Below, one piece after another: positions 1-11,215 of a stretch of DNA of 64,000 bases; within the stretch, counting starts at the first letter, position 1; each line of letters starts with the position of its first letter. The translations under genes and the position numbers were made by a program. The DNA lies in the NCBI GenBank assembly GCA_963815115.1, contig CAWFFN010000007.1, positions 672,001-736,000 on the forward strand, written 5' to 3'. The stretch comes from an uncultured delta proteobacterium. Its GTDB lineage: Bacteria; Desulfobacterota; Binatia; DP-6. The notes beneath the pieces were generated by a model. It saw nothing but the letters and a program-made list of their open reading frames with translations. It made no database searches and was not told where the DNA came from.

Positions 1-3000
1 TCCAGTGCGTCGTCACCGACGTGCTGGACCCGAACGTCTGGGACCTCGCGAGCGTCACGGCGGGCACGACGCCCGCGGGCTACGCCTTCGCGTACAACCA
101 GGGCTCGGGCACCGTCACCTACACGGCAAGCGATACCACGGCGGCCTGCCCCACGGGTACCGCCATCTTCACCGCCGCGATCCGGAGCGACGTCACCACC
201 GGCTCCAACGCGCAGAACAGCGCGTCGATCCATGTGCGCACACTGCCCTCGAATCACCCGAACGAGGCGGCAGGTGGCGACGTCACCGCCACCTCGACCA
301 AGCCCATCACCATCCTCTCCGCGACCTCGAAGGGGAAGATCATCACCGCCACGTCCGAGAGCAGCACCGATCCCGGCGACGCCTCGGTGGCCTCGACGCC
401 GCCGGTGGCCATCGGCGAGGTGGTCACCTACAGCATCTCCTTCGGCTTCCCGCAGGGGGTGACCCGGAACGTCTTCCTGTCCGACCTGCTCCCGGCCGGG
501 CCTCACCCTGGTCCCGGGAACGACCACGCTCGACCGCAGCGGAACGGACATCACGACCGCGGCGAATCCCGGGGGCATCAACGCCGGCACCCCCGGGAAC
601 CCCCGTGCCGGTCAACGCCGTCGTGGCCGGCACAGCAGCTGACGCTCGCGCTCGGCGACGTCACCAAGGCCGTCGGGGGTGGCACCGGGCAGCTCACGCT
701 CGCGCTCCAGGCCGTGGTGGCGAACGTCGCCTCCAACAACGCCGGCGCGACGCTCACCGACACGGCCAGCCTGAGCTTCACACCTCTCAGCGGTACCCGC
801 CGTGACGGTGAACACGAACGCGGTCGCCGTCCGCGTCGCAGAACCCGTGGTCCGGGTCACGAAGGAAGCCGACCCGACGCCGGCGAGCGCTGGCGACCCG
901 GTCACGTTCACGCTGGACATCACCAACGCGGCCTCGGGAGGCGCCGCGGCCTCCGCCTTCGACTGGACCTTCTCCGATCCGCTGCCCGCGCGGTACCTGT
1001 CGCCGGCCCTGGTCAGCGTGGACCCCGGCACGACCGGCGCGGTGGCCACGGCCGGCTTCACTGGCAACACGCTGAGCGGCACCATCGATCAGCTGGATCC
1101 GGGCGAGACGGTTCGCATCACCTACACCGCCTTCGTCGATCCCTCGGCAAACTTCGCCGAGACCATCACCAATACCGCCACGGCGAGGGCGACGAGCCTG
1201 CCGGGAGCCCGCGGCACCGCCAGCGCCACGCCCGGCGCGCCGGGCGCTCCGAACGGCGAGCGCGACGCCTCCGGCGGCGTCAACGACCTCACCGACGACG
1301 GCTCCGCCACCGTGACCGTCAGCCAGCCGGTGCTCGCGAAATCGCTCGAGCAACCACAAGCCTACTATGCCGTCGGCGAGATGCCGGTGTTCGGGCTCCA
1401 GATCGGCGCGCCGCGCGGCACCACGGACCGCATGGTGGTACGCGACGTCCTGCCGGCCGGGCTCACGTTCAAGGTCGGCTCGCTGCAGGCGCACCTGGCC
1501 GACCAGATCACGACGTCACGCGGCGTCCGCTTTCTCGACGAGAGCACGCCCGGCTTCGTCACGGTCTCGGGCAATACCCTGATCCTCGACTTCGGCACGG
1601 TGATCGCCACCCGGGCGGGCAACATCGACGTCACGTACACGACGACGGTCGACAACGTCATCGGCAACCAGGACGGGACGCTGCTGGCCAACGATGCGAC
1701 CCTCGCCTTCGCCGACCCGACGGATCCGGCCCGCGACATCACGGTGGCGCCCTCGCAGACGGCCGACCCCGTGCGCGTCGGGGAGCCCAACCTGTCGATG
1801 ACGAAGAAGGTCACCGCAGGCGCCACCGGCTCGCAGGCGGGCGACACGGTGTCGTTCGAGGTGACCGTCGCCAACGGCGGCAACACGACGGCGTTCCGGC
1901 TCGACTGGAGCGACACGCTGCCGGTCGGGGCGTCCGGGATCGCGAACGCGCAGCTCCGGACGCAGGGGGGAGACGTGTTCCTCAACGGCACCGGCACCTC
2001 GGTGACGTCGTCGAACCTGCACGTCAGGACGACCGCGCGCCCCGGCGACACGCTGGACCTCGCCTCCACGACCGCCGGGGATGCGGCCGACACCGTGCAG
2101 CTCGCGCCCGGAGCCTCCATCATCATCGACTTCGATTGCGTCCTCGAGAACACCGTGACGCCGGCCCAGGTGCTGAACAACGTCGCCACGGCATCGTATT
2201 CGAGCCTCGTGGACGGCGGCCGCGACGGCTCGAACGGCGGCGACGACGACACCGACGACCGGCTGAACAACTACAACGAAACGGGGGCGCGCCTCCGTCA
2301 CCGTGGCGTCGCCGGTGAACGTCCAGAAGACGGTGACGCCGACTCGCTACGCCGTGGGCGAGCTGGTGACGTTCACCCATCGGGTGGACGTCATCCAGGG
2401 GACCACGCCGAGCCTTGTCTTCACCGACGTGCTGCCGGCGGGTCTCACCTTCGTCAGCCAGGCCATTGCCGTCGGCAACCAGGGCATGACGCTCGGCAAC
2501 CCGACCTACAACACCCGCCTGGGAACCGGGCAGACGGTCAGCTTCGATCTGGGGGACGTCGGCAACCCGAGCAACGGCATCACGACGGACGACTTCGTCG
2601 AGATCGACATCACGGCCCGCGTGGACAACGTGGCGGCGAACCAGAACGGCACCGTCCTGCGCAACGGCGAGGCGGCGGACGGCTCGCAGGTCTTCGTCAC
2701 CTTCAACGGCGGGACCCGTGTCGACTTCGACGCCGATCCTGCGACACCGGGGGCGCAGGGCCGGCCGATCGACGTGGTGGAGCCCGTGCTCGGGGTCACG
2801 AAGACGGCGTCGCCCACGGACCCGGCACTCGGCAAGCTCGTCACCTACACCGTCACGGTCCGCCATCTCGCCGCGAGCCGGGCCGACGCCTTCGACCTGG
2901 TCATGACCGACACGCTGCCCGTCGGGCTGCACTACGTGGACGGCTCGGCGACGCTGCCGCCGGCCGACGTCAGCGTCGCCGGGCAGACGCTCACGTTCCG

Positions 3001-6000
3001 CGCCGGCGGCCTGCCGCTGGCGCTCGGGGCAGCGAGCTTCACCTACCAGGCGACGGTCGATCCGAGCGCCGCGGTCGGAACGCCACTCAGCAACAACGCG
3101 CAGCTCGTGTGGTCGAGCACCCCGGAGGCCACCGGCGCGGCGGACAGCGGCCGCACCGGCCAGGACGGCGCGGGCGGGCTGAACGACTACGTTGCGAGCG
3201 CTGCGGCGCCGCTGACTCCGAGCGCCGCCACGCTGGTCGAGGCGACCAAGACGGTGCTGGACACCAACGGCGGCATGCTCGAGCCGGGGGACACGCTCGA
3301 GTACACGGTCGTCCTCGCCAGCCCGATCACCAATGTCACCGGCGTCGTCTTCCAGGATCCGGTGCCGCAGAACACGACGTACGTTCCGGGCACGCTCCAG
3401 TCGACCGCCGGCACGGTGGATGACAGCGGCGCCCCGCTGCTCCGGGTGGCCGTCGGCCCGATGGCGCCAGGCGCCGCGGTCACCATCACGTTCCGTGTCA
3501 CGGTCAACTCCGGGGTGGCTGCCGGGACGGTGATCGTCAACCAGGGCGTCGTCGATTCCGACGAGACGGTGCCGGAACCCACCGACGCGGACGGCGTCGA
3601 CGCGAATGGCGACCAGCCCACGACCATCGTGGTGGGTCCGGTAGTGCAGCCACAGAACCCGCTCTACGTTCAGAAGACCGTCCAGCTCTTCGCCGACCAG
3701 GACGGCAACGGCGTGGTCACCGCCGGCGACGAGCTGCGCTACACGCTGATCTTCTCCAACACGGGCACGACGACGCTCACCAACATCGCTCTCACCGACA
3801 CCATCCCGACCGGCCTCACCAGCACGGTGCCGCCGCAGACCACCATCACGGGAGGCGGCAACCGGATCAGGGTCATCGGCCAGTCGGTCGCGGTCACGAT
3901 CCCGTCGCTCAACGTGGGCGAGTTCGTCTCGGCGACCTTCCTGGTCAGGGTCGTGTCGCCGCTCGTGAACCTGGACGGCAACCCGAGCCAGGAGACGTTC
4001 ACCAACCAGGCGACGGCAACGGCCGACGGCGTGGGTCCCACTCTGAGCGACAGCAACGGTAGCCCTGTCGACGGCAACCAGCCGACGAGCATCGTCGCGG
4101 TGGCGGATGGGACGGTCCCGACGTCGCCGCTCATGGACGTCCAGAAGCGCGCCACCCTGGCGCTCGACCGCAACGCCGACGGCGTCGTCAATCCGGACGA
4201 CATCATCTTCTACACCATCATCATGCGGAACACCGGCGCGACCAGCGCGACCGACGTCCGGCTGAACGACCCGACGCCGAACGACACAACCGTCGTCCCC
4301 GGATCCGTCGTGACCAGCCAGGGCGTCGTGCTGAGCGAGAGCCCCGTCAGCGTGAACCTGGGCACGCTCGCTCCCGGCGCCGCGGCCACCGTCTCGTATC
4401 TCGCCAGCGTGAACCCCGGCACGTCCGACGGCACCATCCTGGCGAACCAGGCCGTCGCGACTGGCAGCAACTTCCCGTCCGAGCCGAGCGACGACAACGG
4501 CAACCCGGCGGACGGCAAGAACCCGACCCTGGTGCCGGTCGGCTTCACGGAAGCGCGCACGAAAGGGGTGAGCAAGACGCTGCAGGCGACCAGCGAGCTG
4601 GAGAGCCCCGGCGCCAGCGTCGTCATCGGGGAGGTGGAGACCTTCCGCATCACCTTCGATGTCGCGCCGGCCACCTCGCGCCAGATCGCCATCCACGACG
4701 TCCTGCCGGCCGGGCTCTCGTACGTTCCCGGCACGGCCATGCTGGCGCGCCAGTTCACCATCGGGCTGACGGCCTCGCAGAATCCGGGCGGGATCAACGC
4801 GGCCGCGTCGGGTACGTTCGTGGCGCTCGCCGACGGCAGCGACGTCACGCTGAACGGTCAGGAGATTCAGGTCTTCCTGGGCGACGTGATCAGCTCGGAC
4901 CCGGCCCAGGCAGGCACCGGCTTCGCCCTGGAGCTGCAGGCGGTCGTTCTCAACACGGGCGGCAACCAGGCCGGCACGCCTCTGGTGAACCAGAGCACCG
5001 TCAGCTTCGTCGACCGACTACAGCAGGCCGTCACCACGGCGCCCGCCCTGCAGCCGAGCGTCGTCACCGAGCCCAACGTCCAGCTCGTCAAGACGGCGGA
5101 GCCCTTGAGCCTGCTGACGACGGGTGGAACGGTCACCTTCACGGTCACGGTGACGAACGTCGGCGGCCCGTTCGTCTCGGCCGGGTACGACGTCCAGATC
5201 ACCGACACCCCAGCCGTCCCCTATGGCGGATTGACGGTGGTGTCCGTCACCCCGAACGCCCAGGCCGAGGGCGTGACCGACGCGAGCACCACCCAGATGC
5301 TCGACGTCTCGGTCGATCTCCTGCGGCCGGGCGGCCAGGTCGTCATCGTCTACCGGGCGTCGGTGCCGCCGCTGGCCGCGGGCACACGGCTGCCGAACAC
5401 CGCGGTGGCGACGTGGACCAGCGAGCCCGGCCCGCAGGGCACCGCCAACGCGACCCCCGGCGCGCCGGGGTCCGACACGGGCGAGCGGACCGGTGACGTC
5501 ACCGGAGCGAACGACTACCTGACGTCCGACATCGCCTCCGTCGTCGTGGGCGCCGTGAACATGACCAAGGCGATCGTCGCCCCCCAGGCGCGCTACTCGG
5601 TCGGCGACCCGGTCACCTATCAGGTCGACCTCGCGATCCCGGCGTTCGCGACGCTCACGAATGCGAGCGTGAGCGACGCGCTCGCCGCGGGGCTTGCGTA
5701 CCTGCCCGGCTCCCTGACGGTCGGCATGCCGCCCGACGTCATTCCCACGGCACCGCTCGGCGACTTCACCGTCACGACCGACGCGGCCGGCGCACAGACC
5801 TTGACCCTCGGCTTCGGCGCCCTCACCAACACCGCCAGCGCATCGCGGACCATCACGCTCACCTACACGGCCCTCGTCGCCAACGTGCTCACGAACCAGG
5901 ATGGCCACGTCCTGATGAACCAGGCGACGTTCTTCTTCGACGATCCGGGCACGGGCCTTCCGACGTCGCAGGTCGCGGAGACCATGCTCACCGTCGGCGA

Positions 6001-9000
6001 GCCGCGGCTCGTTCTGAGCAAGGCCATCACCGGCCCTGCCGTCGGGCTGGATGCTGGTGACAGCGTCGCCTTCCGGGTCGACGTGTCGAACACCGGCACG
6101 ACGACGGCGTTCGACACGGTCATCGGAGATACCCTGCCGCCGGGTCTCGACCAGATCCAGGGGCTGGCCGTCCTGATGGTGACGGGCGGCGCCCAGTCCC
6201 CGGTGCTGACGAACGGCGGCACCAGCTGGTCGACGTCGGCGTTCGACATCCCCGCCGGCGGCGCGGTGGCCATCATCTTCACGGCCCGCCTCTCCTCCGC
6301 CGTGACGCCGGGCGAGCAGCTCCAGAACGCCGTCGCTGCCACCTACACGAGCCGCAACGGCGACGACCCGAACGAGCGCGACGGGTCCACGCCGGGCTCC
6401 GACCAGGGCGACGACACGGCGCTCGACAACTACAACACGACGGCGATGGCCCCGACCATCACCGTCTCCGACCCGATCGGGCTCGACAAGCGCCTCTTCC
6501 CCGACGCCGGCCGCACGTTCTTCACCATCGGCGACCAGGTGACCTACCGCCTCACGCTGTCCTTGATCGAGGGGACGGTGAACCAGGTGGTGGTCACCGA
6601 TACGCTCCCCGACGGCCTGGTCTTCACCGGCGCCACCGTCGGGCTGGGCAACATCGGCATCGCCACGAACTTCACGGCGGTGTCGCAGGTCGGGCAGGTG
6701 CTCACCTTCGACTTCGGCCAGGTGAGCAATCCGGCCGACGGCAGCACGAGCGACGACTTCATCGCCATCGACATCACCGCCCGCGTCGCCAACGTCGCCG
6801 GCAACCAGAACGGCACCGTCCTGGGGAACAATGCGAGCCTGAGCTTCCAGGAGACCGGCGGCTACGGTCGTGCGCGACTTCGACGCCGACACCGCCACGC
6901 CGGGCATCCAGCCACTGAACATCACGGTCGGCATCCCCGACCTGACGCTCATGAAGACGGCCGTGCCGGTCCAGGCATCGCTCGGCGACGTGGTGCAATA
7001 CACCGTCACGCTGGCACATACCCTCCAGAGCCGCGGCGAAGCCTTCGACATGGTCGTCGCCGACACGCTGCCTGCCGGACTCACCTACGTGCCAGGCTCG
7101 GCCGTCCCTCCGGGGATCGTATCCGGGCAGCAGCTCACCTGGACGGTGGCGGCGCTGACGCGGCTGCAGGGACGCACGAGCTTCACCTACCAGGCGCGGG
7201 TGGATCTCACCGCGGTGGTCGGGGTGCCGCTCACCAACACCGCCGTGGCGGGGTGGACCACGCAGCCGGGCGCGGACGCCGACGAGCGCACCGGTGCGGA
7301 CGGCCCGGGCGGCCTGAACGATCTCGTGACCCAGACCACGGCGTCTGGTCGTCCCGACCGAGAGCGCGTTCATCGATGCGGCAAAGACGGTCAGCGATCT
7401 GAACGGCGGCTCGGTCCTGCCGGGCGACACGCTCGAGTACACCGTCGTCCTGCGGAACCAGGGCGGCCCGGTGACGGGCGTCGTCTTCACCGACGCCGTG
7501 CCCGCGCTCACCACATACGTGCCCGGCTCGCTCGGCACCACGAAGGGCCGGGTCGACGACTCGCGCGCTCCGCAGCTCATCGTGGCGGTGGGCGACCTCG
7601 CCGCCGGCGAGAGCGTCTCGATCTCGTTCCGCGTCACGGTGGCCCCGGGGACCGCCTCCGGGTCGGTGATCTCGAACCAGGGCAGCGTGGACTCCGATCA
7701 GACGGTCCCCGAGCCGACCGACGCCGACGGCATCGACGCCAACGGGGATCAGCCCACCGACGTGATGGTGGGAGGCTCCGTGTCGCCCACGGGGGGCTCG
7801 CTGGACGCGCAGAAGCTGGTCGCGCTGCTGACCGACGCCGACACGAGCGGCGACGTCACGGCGGGAGACACGCTGCGCTACACCGTGATTCTCACCGCCG
7901 GTCCGACCACCCTCACCAACGTGTTCCTGAACGACACCATCCCCGCGGGCCTCACGGCGGTGGCGGACTCCGGGACCATCGTCGGCGGGACGGGAGGCAC
8001 GATCACGCTCAGCGGAAACGCGGTCAGTGCATCGCTGGCCATGCTGGCGGCCGGCGGCACGGCGGTGCTGACGTTCGATGCGACGGTCGACACGCCGCTG
8101 GCGAACCACGACGGCAATCCCGACACGGAGACGTTCACGAACCAGAGCATGATCGGCGCCGACGGCCTGCCGCCGGGGATGACCGACGCCGACGGCGACC
8201 CGTCCAACGGCAAGCAACCCACGCAGATCACCGCCGTGGCCGAGCCCGGTACGGGAACACCAGTCCTCGACGACGCCAAATCGGTCCAGCTCGTGACCGA
8301 TCTGGATGGCGACACGCTGGTCGATCCCGGCGACACGCTACGCTGGAGGATCACCGTCACCAACACCGGGTCGGCGATGGCGACGAACGTCATCCTGACC
8401 GACGAGGTGCCGGCGCACACGACCCTGGTGCCGGGATCCGTCGTCACGAGCCAGGGTGTCGTGTTCGGTACGAACCCGATCAAGGTGAACATCGGAACCC
8501 TGCCCCCCGGCGGCGTCGCCGTCGTCTCCTTCAACGTGAGCGTGAACCTCGACACCCCCGACCAGACGATCGTCGCGAACCAGGGCATCGTCAGCGGCGC
8601 CGGCATCGAGCCCGTGCCGACGGACAACGACGGCGACCCGACCAACGGCCGCCAGCCGACGACGGTGCTCGTACAGACCGATGCCGACCTGTCGATCACC
8701 AAGACGGCCAGCCCGAACCCCGCGGGGGTAGATGGGACGCTCACCTACACCCTGGCCGTCACCAACCACGGACCCGACGTCGCCCCCGCCGCCATGGTGA
8801 CGGATACGCTGCCGGCCTCGGTCGTGTTGCTCTCGGCGACCGCGTCGCCGGGTAGCTGCACCGGGACGACCGTGATCACCTGCGGGCTGGGCGACCTTCC
8901 GTCCGGTGCTTCGGCGACCATCGTCATCACCGTCCGGCCAACCGCTCCCGGCACGCTGCACAACGAGGCCACGACCACCAGCGGGAGGCCGGATCCGACG

Positions 9001-9909
9001 CCAAACGACAACCGCGCCGCCGTCGACACCACGGTCGAGGTGCTCACCGATCTCGCGATCACCAAGACCGTGTCGCCGCAGACGGCCATCGTCGGCGAGC
9101 ACGTCAGCTTCACGATCGTGGCGACCAATCACGGGCCGTCCGCGGCAACCAATGTCGTTGTCAGCGATCCGCTGCCGGCCGGCCTCACCTTCGTGTCGGC
9201 GACCCCCGATCACGGCTCGTGCGCCGCTGCCGGGAGCACCGTCACGTGCAACCTCGGCAACCTGCCGGCGGGCGCGACCGCCACCATCACCATCGAGGCC
9301 ACGCGGACCACCACGGACGCGATCGTCAATACCGCAACCCTGACCGGCGGGGAGAAGGATCCCGACGGCGGCAACAACACGTCCACCACCTCTCTCCTTC
9401 CGAGCCGCGGTGAGGACTGCGGCAACTGCGTGGACGATGACGGCAACGGGCAGGTCGACTCCGAGGACTCGGCCTGCTGCGAGCCCGAGCCCCTCACCGT
9501 CACGCAGGCGCAGTACCGCCCGGGACGGTCCACGCTGCGCGTGAAGGCGACGATGCCGGACGGGACGTTCGCGGGCGTCGATCCGCGGAAGGACACCATC
9601 CGGCTCCAGGTGCGTACCGACCAGGGCGAGACGGTCTGCTGCACGCTCCCGCCCGAGCAGTGGCAGCACCTCTTCCGCAAGTCGTACGGCTTCTTCGATC
9701 AGAAGATGACGGTCTGCCCGCCGATCCGGTGCGTGAAGCTCACGATGCCGAAGAAGGGCCCACCCCGGGCGACGATCATCGCCGGACGGGTGAAGCCCGG
9801 CAGCCAGCTCCTGTCCCCGCTCCAGATCACGATCAGCGCGGACGATCAGTGCGCGGCCGGGGCGGTGACGATCCAATCGAGCGCCCGCGGCCGACGGGCA
9901 AAGCCGTAG
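1..9909 (+). CDS. Giant surface/secreted protein of tandem DUF11 / isopeptide-forming (fimbrial D2-like) domains; 5'-partial, >3200 aa, apparently one gene split by frameshifts
   Basis: Repeated domains with TK/QK..GD.VT(Y/F)..TD.LP.GL.(Y/F)V..N.A motifs continue across frame switches near 500-630, 800, 2295, 6865 and 7345. The only natural end is the stop at 9909. Confidence 0.85.
802..2295 (+). CDS. Segment of giant DUF11/isopeptide repeat protein
   Basis: The first ~495 aa of ORF 802..3423 are repeat domains (VTKEA..SDPLP..ITNTATA); the reading turns to junk after ~2295. Confidence 0.7.
2303..6866 (+). CDS. Largest uninterrupted segment of giant DUF11/isopeptide repeat protein
   Basis: ORF 2303..7402 is coherent repeat sequence up to ...SLSFQETGG at ~6862. 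Confidence 0.8.
7345..9909 (+). CDS. C-terminal segment of giant repeat protein (DUF11 domains, Cys/Asp motif, basic C-terminal domain)
   Basis: ADLSITKTASPNP and TDLAITKTVSP are DUF11 signatures; EDCGNCVDDDGNGQVDSEDSACC lies at 9412-9480. Confidence 0.85.
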   Translation: MVVPTESAFIDAAKTVSDLNGGSVLPGDTLEYTVVLRNQGGPVTGVVFTDAVPALTTYVPGSLGTTKGRVDDSRAPQLIVAVGDLAAGESVSISFRVTVAPGTASGSVISNQGSVDSDQTVPEPTDADGIDANGDQPTDVMVGGSVSPTGGSLDAQKLVALLTDADTSGDVTAGDTLRYTVILTAGPTTLTNVFLNDTIPAGLTAVADSGTIVGGTGGTITLSGNAVSASLAMLAAGGTAVLTFDATVDTPLANHDGNPDTETFTNQSMIGADGLPPGMTDADGDPSNGKQPTQITAVAEPGTGTPVLDDAKSVQLVTDLDGDTLVDPGDTLRWRITVTNTGSAMATNVILTDEVPAHTTLVPGSVVTSQGVVFGTNPIKVNIGTLPPGGVAVVSFNVSVNLDTPDQTIVANQGIVSGAGIEPVPTDNDGDPTNGRQPTTVLVQTDADLSITKTASPNPAGVDGTLTYTLAVTNHGPDVAPAAMVTDTLPASVVLLSATASPGSCTGTTVITCGLGDLPSGASATIVITVRPTAPGTLHNEATTTSGRPDPTPNDNRAAVDTTVEVLTDLAITKTVSPQTAIVGEHVSFTIVATNHGPSAATNVVVSDPLPAGLTFVSATPDHGSCAAAGSTVTCNLGNLPAGATATITIEATRTTTDAIVNTATLTGGEKDPDGGNNTSTTSLLPSRGEDCGNCVDDDGNGQVDSEDSACCEPEPLTVTQAQYRPGRSTLRVKATMPDGTFAGVDPRKDTIRLQVRTDQGETVCCTLPPEQWQHLFRKSYGFFDQKMTVCPPIRCVKLTMPKKGPPRATIIAGRVKPGSQLLSPLQITISADDQCAAGAVTIQSSARGRRAKP

Positions 9910-9925
9910 AGGGACCGCTGATCGG

Positions 9926-11026
9926 TCAGCTCGCCTTGCGCTCGCGCCCTTCGCCGGCAGCGTGCAGCAAGCGCACGACGGCGCGTTCCACCCCGCGCCA
10001 CCCTCTGGTCGTCCGCTCGCTGCGGCGGGGCTCGGGCAGCGCCGTGCCGCGCTCGAAGGCCTCGATCACCAGCGGATGGATGTACGACCGCCGGCACACG
10101 GCACGCGTGTTTCGCAGGTCGCGTGCGACCGTCGCCACGGTCTCGAGCACGACCCGCTTGCGCTCCGCCGCGCTGGGCGGGATGGGCCGGGACGCGAGCA
10201 GCTGCGCGGCACGAACGGTTGCCGCCCACGTGCGGAAGTCCTTGGCGGAGATGTCCGCGCCGGTCACCTCGCGCAGGTACTCGTTCACATCGTCCGAGCC
10301 CACCCGCCGCACGGTGCCTTCCGGATCGAGGTACTGGAACAGCTCCTAGCCGGGAAGCTCCTGGCACGAACGCACGACCCGCGCGAGGCGACAGTCCGCG
10401 ACGTCCACCTCGTGCATGCGGCCACCCTTGCCCCGAAATCGCAGTCGGAATCCGGACGACTGGATCGTCGCATGGCGGTTGCGCAGCGTGGTCAGGCCGA
10501 AGCTGCCGTTGTGCCGCGTGTACTCGTCGTTGCCGATGCGGATCGACGTCGTTTCCAGCAGGCGCACGATGGTCGCCAGCACCTTCCGGCGGTCGAGGTC
10601 CGGACGGGCTATATCGGCGCGAACGCGCGCCCGCAGCGCCGGCAGGCCGCGCGCAAACGCGAGAAGCCGTCCGAACTTGTTCTCGTCGCGCTGGCGCCGC
10701 CACGCCTCGTGATACCGATACTGCTTCCGCCCCCGCGCATCGTAGCCGGTCGCCTGGATGTGACCGTCGGCGCGCTCGCAGATCCAGACTCGCTCCCAGG
10801 CGGGCGGGATCGCCAGCGCGCGGATGCGCTCGACGGCATGGGCATCCGCCGGGGACCCGTTGGCTCGAACGTAGCGGAACCCATTCCCCGCCCGGAGCCG
10901 GCGCATCCCCGGCGTCTCGTCCGTCACCCAGCGGAGGCCGGCGTCACGGGCGTCGGCGATTGCCGCGGACGTCGGCGATTGCCTCGCAGCCGTCAGGGCC
11001 TGAAGCGCCGCCATCCTCGAAGCCAT
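9926..11026 (-). pseudogene. Bacterial DNA topoisomerase IB interrupted by a single in-frame TAG (10348-10346)
   Basis: Motifs IPPAW, GHIQATGYDARGRKQYRYH, IRIGN, FRGK, AKDFRTW and CRRSYIHP. The frame reads ELPG*ELFQY where the family has LPGQELFQY. Confidence 0.9.
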
Positions 11027-11068
11027 CGACCATTCTCCTGGGCAGCGCGATGCGCCGCGGCGCGTTTG

Positions 11069-11084
11069 AGCAGTAAGCGTGCCA
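11069..11084 (-). promoter_or_regulatory. Putative sigma-54 (-24/-12) promoter of the TopIB gene
   Basis: Minus strand TGGCACGCTTACTGCT versus consensus TGGCACGNNNNTTGCW, ~43 nt upstream of the ATG, which has an AGGAG RBS. Confidence 0.5.
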
Positions 11085-11215
11085 CCGCGACTCGCCCCGC
11101 TGCCGCCGACGTTCGGGCGGCGTCCGTCTGCGCCCCTCGGAGCGCGGGAGATCGAGGTTTTGTAGAAACGTCGCCGCCAACCGAGGCAGGACGGGCACCA
11201 GGTGAAGCGCCGAAT

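Noticed and set aside
10346-10348. Pyrrolysine or genome-wide amber recoding
   Set aside because: Many genes here end normally at TAG, no pyl genes are present, and the conserved residue is Gln.
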